Shown piece by piece: positions 62,030 to 64,000 of a stretch of 64,000 nt of DNA (positions within the stretch are counted from its first letter, which is position 1; each line of letters begins with the position of its first letter). The notes under the pieces were generated by a model. It was not told the origin of the DNA. It did not search any database and was given only the letters and a program-made list of their open reading frames with translations. The DNA is from Mobula hypostoma. Taxonomy: Eukaryota. The stretch is from positions 116,996,001-117,060,000 of the forward strand of contig NC_086108.1 in NCBI RefSeq assembly GCF_963921235.1, read 5' to 3'. The position numbers and the translations under genes are program-made.

Positions 62030-64000
62030 GCATAGTCGGAGTGGTATCTTAAGGCTTTTTTCTTCAAGGCTTCTGCAAAGAGAGGTTTCACTCAGAGAAA
62101 GTGAAGGATAGAAAAGCTCAAGTTTTTTTTTCCTTCTCTCCTTTATATCTGCTCAGCAAGGACAGTAGAGATGTCAGGCAGATTGCTCCTCTTGCAGGAT
62201 GTATGATGACCTAACTGAGGAAAGTCACAGTGCTCGGGACTCTGGCGCTGAGACCGCCTCTGTGACTTGGAAGGGAGGGGGTAGAAGTGCCATGCTGTGG
62301 AAATAGAGATTATTTAGGCGGAAGGACAGGAGGTTCTGTGGGTGAGAATGAGATTCCTGGATGGTATGTTGCCTCCCAGGTGCCAGGGTCTGGAGTATCT
62401 CAGATCGAGACCTCAGCATTCTTCAGTGGAACAGTCAGAAGTCGTGGTCCATGTGGGTACCAATGACATAGGCAGTGTTAGTGACGAGGTTCAGCGCAGG
62501 GAGTTCGGGGTGTTTAAGGTGCAGCATCTCCAGAGTCATGGTCTCAGGATTGCTACCCGTGCCACGTACTGGAGAGGCTAGAACTAGGAAGTTTATACAG
62601 ATTAAAACGTGCCTAAGGAGTTGGTGCAGGAGGGGGGACATAAGATTTTTGGATCACTGGGCTCTCTTCTAGGGATGGTAAGACGTATTCAAAAGGGAAA
62701 GTTTGCACTGAATTGGAGGGGCTCTAATATCCTAGCGGGAAGGTTTGTTAATGCTGCACGGTGGGGTTTAAACTAGAGTTGTAGAGGGATGGAGAGTTTG
62801 TGGAGGTAGATGTTGGTAAGACCTCAGACAAAATCAGGAATCAAAAGATTGAGTACGGTGTGACAAAATCATATAAAGGCCTCCAAATAGTAGCCAGCAT
62901 GTGAGGATGAGATTGCAAAGAGAGCTGGAAAAGGCATGTAAGTCAGCATGGTTTCTGTGCAGGGAAATCTTGCCTGACAAATCTGTTAAGAGTTCTTCGA
63001 GGAAGTAACAAGCAGGCTGGATAAAGGAGAGGTAGTGGATGTCATTTACCTAGGTGCTCAGAAGGCATTTGATAAGGTGTCACACATGAGGTTGTTCAAC
63101 AAGATAAAGTCCTGTAGTGTTAATAGGGAAGAGACAAGCATGGATTGAGGAATGGCTGACAGGCAGGAGGAAATGAGTGGGAATAAAAGGGGCCTTTTCT
63201 GGTTGGCTGCCAGTGACTAGTGGTGTTCCTCGGGAGTTAGCATTGGGACCGCTGCTTTTCACGTTGTTTGTCAATGATATAGAGAGTTTAATTGATGGCT
63301 TTGTGGCAACATTTGCAGATGGAGGGGTAGGTAATGCTGAGGAAGCAATGCGATTGCAGCAGGACTTAGACAAGTTGGAAGAATGGCCAACAAAGTGGCA
63401 GATGGAATACGGTCTTGGGAAATGTATGATGATGCATTCTGGTAAAGGAAACAATAGTGCGGACTATTATCTAAATCAGGAGAAGGTTCAAACATCAGAG
63501 ATGCAGAGAGACGTAGGGGTCCTCTTGTTAAACTGATATGGCACGGTGATGAGAAACATGCCGATAGAGCTGAGGATGAGCCAGCAGGTTTACAGGTAGA
63601 TGATGGGTGTAACATGAATGTGAGGAAGGACACGCCAATGACTGGATACAAAGGCAGACAGAGCAAAGGGTTAAGCTGTACCACAGAGACAAAATTCAAA
63701 AGGGTGAAAAATGCTGGACTGAAGGTGCTGTATTTAAATGCATGTAGCATTCGGAATAAGGTGGACGAACTCGTGGTACAATTAGAGATTGGTCTGTATG
63801 ACATTGTTGGTATTACTGAGTCTGGCTGAAAGAAGGCCATTGTTGGGAGCTTAACATCAAATAATATACTTTGTAGTGAAAGGACAGGCAGGAAGGCATA
63901 GGCGATGGTGTAGTTCTGATGGTAAGAGATGGAATTACTTATAGAAGAGGTGACATAGGGTCAGAGAATGTTGAGTTGTTGTGGGTGGAGTTAAGAAACA
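62030..64000 (+). mobile_element. Rearranged CR1 pieces: 5'/ORF1 esterase (~62030-62870), RT (~62940-63530), ORF1 end and EN start (~63535-64000)
   Basis: CCLPGARV and VVVHVGTND (ORF1); GWLPVTSGVP..FAD (RT); LKVLYLNACSIRNKVDEL..IVGITE (EN). Confidence 0.85.

Noticed and set aside
28930..64000. Collagen exon 4 (WHR.A.SV..K.VT..VDC) upstream, and exon 10 (GML.EGPPG) in 1-13456
   Set aside because: Not found by eye; they presumably lie outside the window. A tblastn search would settle this.

Overview
Vertebrate (eukaryotic) genomic DNA; no prokaryotic features. The repeat repertoire (dense CR1-clade LINEs with (TTCTATG)n-type tails, HE1/V-SINE-like SINEs, Penelope, Tc1) points to a cartilaginous fish, which is an inference. 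The only host gene is a clade-B fibrillar collagen on the minus strand, best matching COL11A1. Six phase-0 GT-AG exons lie between 13457 and 28929 and correspond to exon 5, the variable-region cassette 6A, 6B, 7 and 8, and exon 9. Exon 8 is enlarged to 190 codons by internal repeats. The rest of the window is intronic and mostly repeats: deeply nested CR1 fragments, an RNase H-bearing Nimb/I-clade LINE, a Tx1 3' end, an interrupted long-TIR Tc1, Penelope remnants, SINEs and several minisatellites. I see no convincing new multi-gene system. The most interesting signals are the complete 6A/6B/7/8 cassette, the expanded exon 8, a pyrimidine-filled 6A-6B intron, an antisense bias in CR1-into-CR1 insertions, and a duplicated composite junction. 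Comparisons with known proteins and repeat families are from memory, not from searches. Repeat boundaries are approximate.
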